DNA of 24,000 nucleotides from Microbulbifer sp. MKSA007 (GTDB lineage Bacteria; Pseudomonadota; Gammaproteobacteria; Pseudomonadales; Cellvibrionaceae): NCBI GenBank assembly GCA_032615215.1, contig CP128431.1, positions 134,680 to 158,679 of the forward strand, read 5' to 3'. Shown piece by piece: positions 23,614 to 24,000 of this stretch (position 1 is its first letter; each line of letters starts with the position of its first letter). The notes under the pieces were generated by a model. It saw only the letters and a program-made list of their open reading frames with translations, ran no database searches and was not told where the DNA came from. The position numbers and the translations under genes were made by a program.

Positions 23614-23723
23614 ATCTAATGCCTAAAGTTCTTCCGATGGCCGGACTCTAACCAACGGCGCTCCCTTTAGGTGTGTTGAACAAGACAGACCTCTGTTTTT
23701 AAAGTCCCTAATTTTTCAGGGTA

Positions 23724-24000
23724 TTACTCCGCGAGCGGATAGTTGCGGATAAAGCGGTCTGTGAAGATCAGCAGGATGATGCCAGGGATGGAGGCGATCA
23801 GGGCGATACCTGCGCCAGTTGCATCCAGTGCTCCACCGGAAATTTTAGCGAAGAGCAGTGTTGGCAGGGTGATGATCTGGCCTTGACCGATGAAGAACGT
23901 CAGCAAAAACAGGTTGGTAGAGACCAGGAAGGTAAACAGGCAACCTGCGATGACACCCGGTAGGATCATGGGCAGGGTGACACGGAAGAAGATCTGCCTG
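23724..24000 (-). CDS. ABC transporter permease (binding-protein-dependent inner-membrane component), 3' part only; gene continues beyond the window
   Basis: The frame stays open to nt 24000 (...RQIFFRVTLPMILPGVIAG...). TM-rich C-terminus ending FTDRFIRNYPLAE. Confidence 0.8.
   Translation of the reverse strand, partial: RQIFFRVTLPMILPGVIAGCLFTFLVSTNLFLLTFFIGQGQIITLPTLLFAKISGGALDATGAGIALIASIPGIILLIFTDRFIRNYPLAE

Noticed and set aside
1-24000. Search by eye for CRISPR arrays, tandem repeats, tRNA/rRNA genes, IS elements, integrases or prophage genes
   Set aside because: I saw no regularly spaced direct repeats, no cloverleaf-compatible intergenic segments and no transposase- or integrase-like translations. 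The intergenic regions are short and are accounted for by promoters and hairpins. A computational scan (tRNAscan-SE, Infernal, ISEScan, CRISPR detection tools) is still needed to be certain.

Overview
A 24-kb, roughly 90% coding, chromosomal-looking segment of a Gram-negative genome. The gene content (MatB, LysE, SigJ-type ECF, YghU) suggests a proteobacterium, possibly a marine alphaproteobacterium, but sequence alone cannot prove this. I saw no rRNA, tRNA, CRISPR array, transposase or integrase. Left to right: a 5'-truncated PhyH dioxygenase ORF that runs in frame into a DUF962/Mpo1-like domain; a small secreted Cys-rich protein; a GNAT; an AT-rich FecI/FecR/TonB-dependent-transducer cell-surface-signalling cluster, with the transducer frameshifted at a G6 run, followed by a di-haem cytochrome c peroxidase; matB-like malonyl-CoA synthetase (-); a SAM methyltransferase; a secreted orphan; LysE exporter (-); an ECF41 (SigJ-like) sigma factor co-transcribed with a carboxymuconolactone-decarboxylase (CMD) gene behind a near-consensus ECF41 promoter (-); a GNAT (-); yghU-type GST; a lipoprotein (-); a YjjI/YjjW-type glycyl-radical enzyme plus radical-SAM activase pair; an AraC regulator (-) divergent from a Tat-exported isochorismatase-family hydrolase; a 159-aa orphan; an SDR (-); a CesT-like type III secretion chaperone preceded by a 486-aa domain-less candidate effector (-); and the 3' end of an ABC permease (-). 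The strongest candidates for undescribed biology are the orphan short glycyl-radical enzyme system (15.8-18.2 kb) and the chaperone plus candidate effector pair with its heavily structured intergenic spacer (21.5-23.6 kb). All homology statements come from reading the translations and from remembered family motifs. No database search was run.
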